A stretch of DNA of 64,000 nucleotides, from positions 131,504,001 through 131,568,000 of the forward strand of contig CM059432.1 in the NCBI GenBank assembly GCA_030390025.1. Direction: 5' to 3'. Positions within the stretch are counted from its first letter, which is position 1. Every line of letters starts with the position of its first letter. The notes beneath the pieces are model-generated. The model saw nothing but the letters and a program-made list of their open reading frames with translations. It was not told the origin of the DNA and did no database searches. Origin of the DNA: Squalus acanthias (lineage: Eukaryota). This document shows positions 62,540-64,000 of the stretch, piece by piece. The translations under genes were made by a program, and so were the position numbers.

Positions 62540-63500
62540 GTTGAAGGTGGCAGGGCAGGTTGAGAAAGCGGTTAAAAAATCATACGGGATCCTGGGCTTT
62601 ATAAATAGAGGCATAAGAGTACAAAAGCAAGGAAGTTATGATGAACTTTTATAAAACACTGGTTCGGCCACAACTGGAGTATTGTGTCCAATTCTGGGCA
62701 CCACACTTTAGGAAGGATGTAAAGGCTTTAGAGAGGGTGCAGAAAAGATTTACAAGAATGGTTCCAGGGATGAGGAATTACAGTTACGTGGATAGACTGG
62801 AGAAGCTGGGGTTGTTCTCCTTCGAGCAGAGAAGATTGAGGAGATTCGATAGAGGTGTTCAAAATCATGAGGGGTCTAGACAGTGTAGATAGAGAGAAAC
62901 TTCTCCCATTGGTGGAAAGGTTGAAAACCAGAGGGGACAGATTTAAGATGATTGGCAGAAGATCCAAAGGCGACAAATGTGTGGGTTAGGTTGATTTGGC
63001 TATGATAAATTGACCCTTAGTGTTAGGGGGGATTAAATATGTGGGGTTATGGGGATAGGATGGGATATGTTAGGGGGAATTAAATACGTGGGGTTACGGG
63101 GGTAGGGTGGGATATGTGTACTGTGGGGATTAAAGCAGGGACAGGGTACTGGATTTGGATGATCAGCCATGATCGTATTGAATGGCGGAGCAGGCTCGAC
63201 GGGCCGAATGGCCTACTCCTGCTCCTAGATTCTATGTTTCTATCTATGTTTCTATGACATGAGGAAAAACATTTTTACGCAGCGAGTGGTTATGATCTGG
63301 AATGCACTGTCTGAAAGGGTGGTGGAGGCAGATTCAGTAGTGGCTTTCAAAAGGGAATTGGATAAGTACCTGAAGGGGGGGGGGTGGGTGGAAATTGCAG
63401 GGCTACAGGGAAAAGGCAGGGGAGTGAATTGCTCTTGCAGAGAGCCGGCACGGGCTCAATGGGCCGAATGGCCTCCTACTGTGCTGTAACGATTCTATGA
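62540..63500 (+). mobile_element. CR1 3' fragment interrupted by an HE1-like SINE (62976-63255, TSD GACA)
   Basis: ORFs 62638-62892 and 63259-63489 join across the insert (RSKGD|MRKNIF). Confidence 0.88.
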
Positions 63501-64000
63501 TTCCATGAATATCCGGTGAAGTTGGTGTTTATATCATTTAGACACAATATCCATTTTTCCAAAAGTGAATGTAATGGGAATACAGTAATGAGACAGTGGG
63601 CAATATTCCCATTTCCAGCTCTATGGAAGGTGGGTTGAGGGGATGGCACCAGGCTTGGTTGAGGGATTTATGGCCCTCTCCTCCTCTTAATCTTCTCACA
63701 GTATGCACATTAACTGACTCATTTATTGCTTCAATTACAAGGTACCTCACTAACCTCCCCCCCACCGCCACACATTTCATCACCCACCCCCCCAACTATT
63801 ATTGTTCCTTATTTCACTTCGAGTCCAAGGGTGGTAATGTTTGAGTGAAAGATAGAGGGAACCCTACATCGCCTAGCATTATCACGATGAAATGTCTGCA
63901 GAATCTCAATTCTTCTTGTAGCACTCAATACTTCATTGTACTTGTTTTCAGCCTCTATCCTTGGATGACAGAGAGCTGTCATCAACCATGGCTGAAGCAG

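Noticed and set aside
1..64000. CRISPR array, operon or other prokaryotic system
   Set aside because: The sequence is eukaryotic (spliced gene, LINEs, SINEs); no regularly spaced repeat-spacer array was seen.

Overview
Repeat-rich vertebrate genomic DNA, almost certainly an elasmobranch (shark): it carries HE1/V-SINE-like and DeuSINE (SacSINE1-like) SINEs, many CR1 and L2 LINE fragments, Penelope-like repeats and PIF/Harbinger elements. The only host gene is the 5' part of desmoplakin (DSP; CpG-island exon 1 at 48455, coding exons 2-4 to 62271, + strand). About 16 kb upstream lies a full-length, recently inserted but defective epsilon/gamma-like endogenous retrovirus (23489-32152, - strand). 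It has 600-bp LTRs differing at 2 sites by eye, a 4-bp TSD, a tRNA-Gln PBS set 8 nt from the LTR, a gag-UGA-pol junction and an env lacking the SU CxxC. It sits with a LINE inside a Harbinger-type MITE. Other notable structure: minimal hammerhead ribozyme motifs in Penelope-like repeats (one split by a transposon), a perfect 67-bp inverted duplication removing the first catalytic Asp of a Harbinger transposase, a solo LTR, and SINEs that appear to have gained a new LINE tail. All family names come from motif recognition; no database searches were run.
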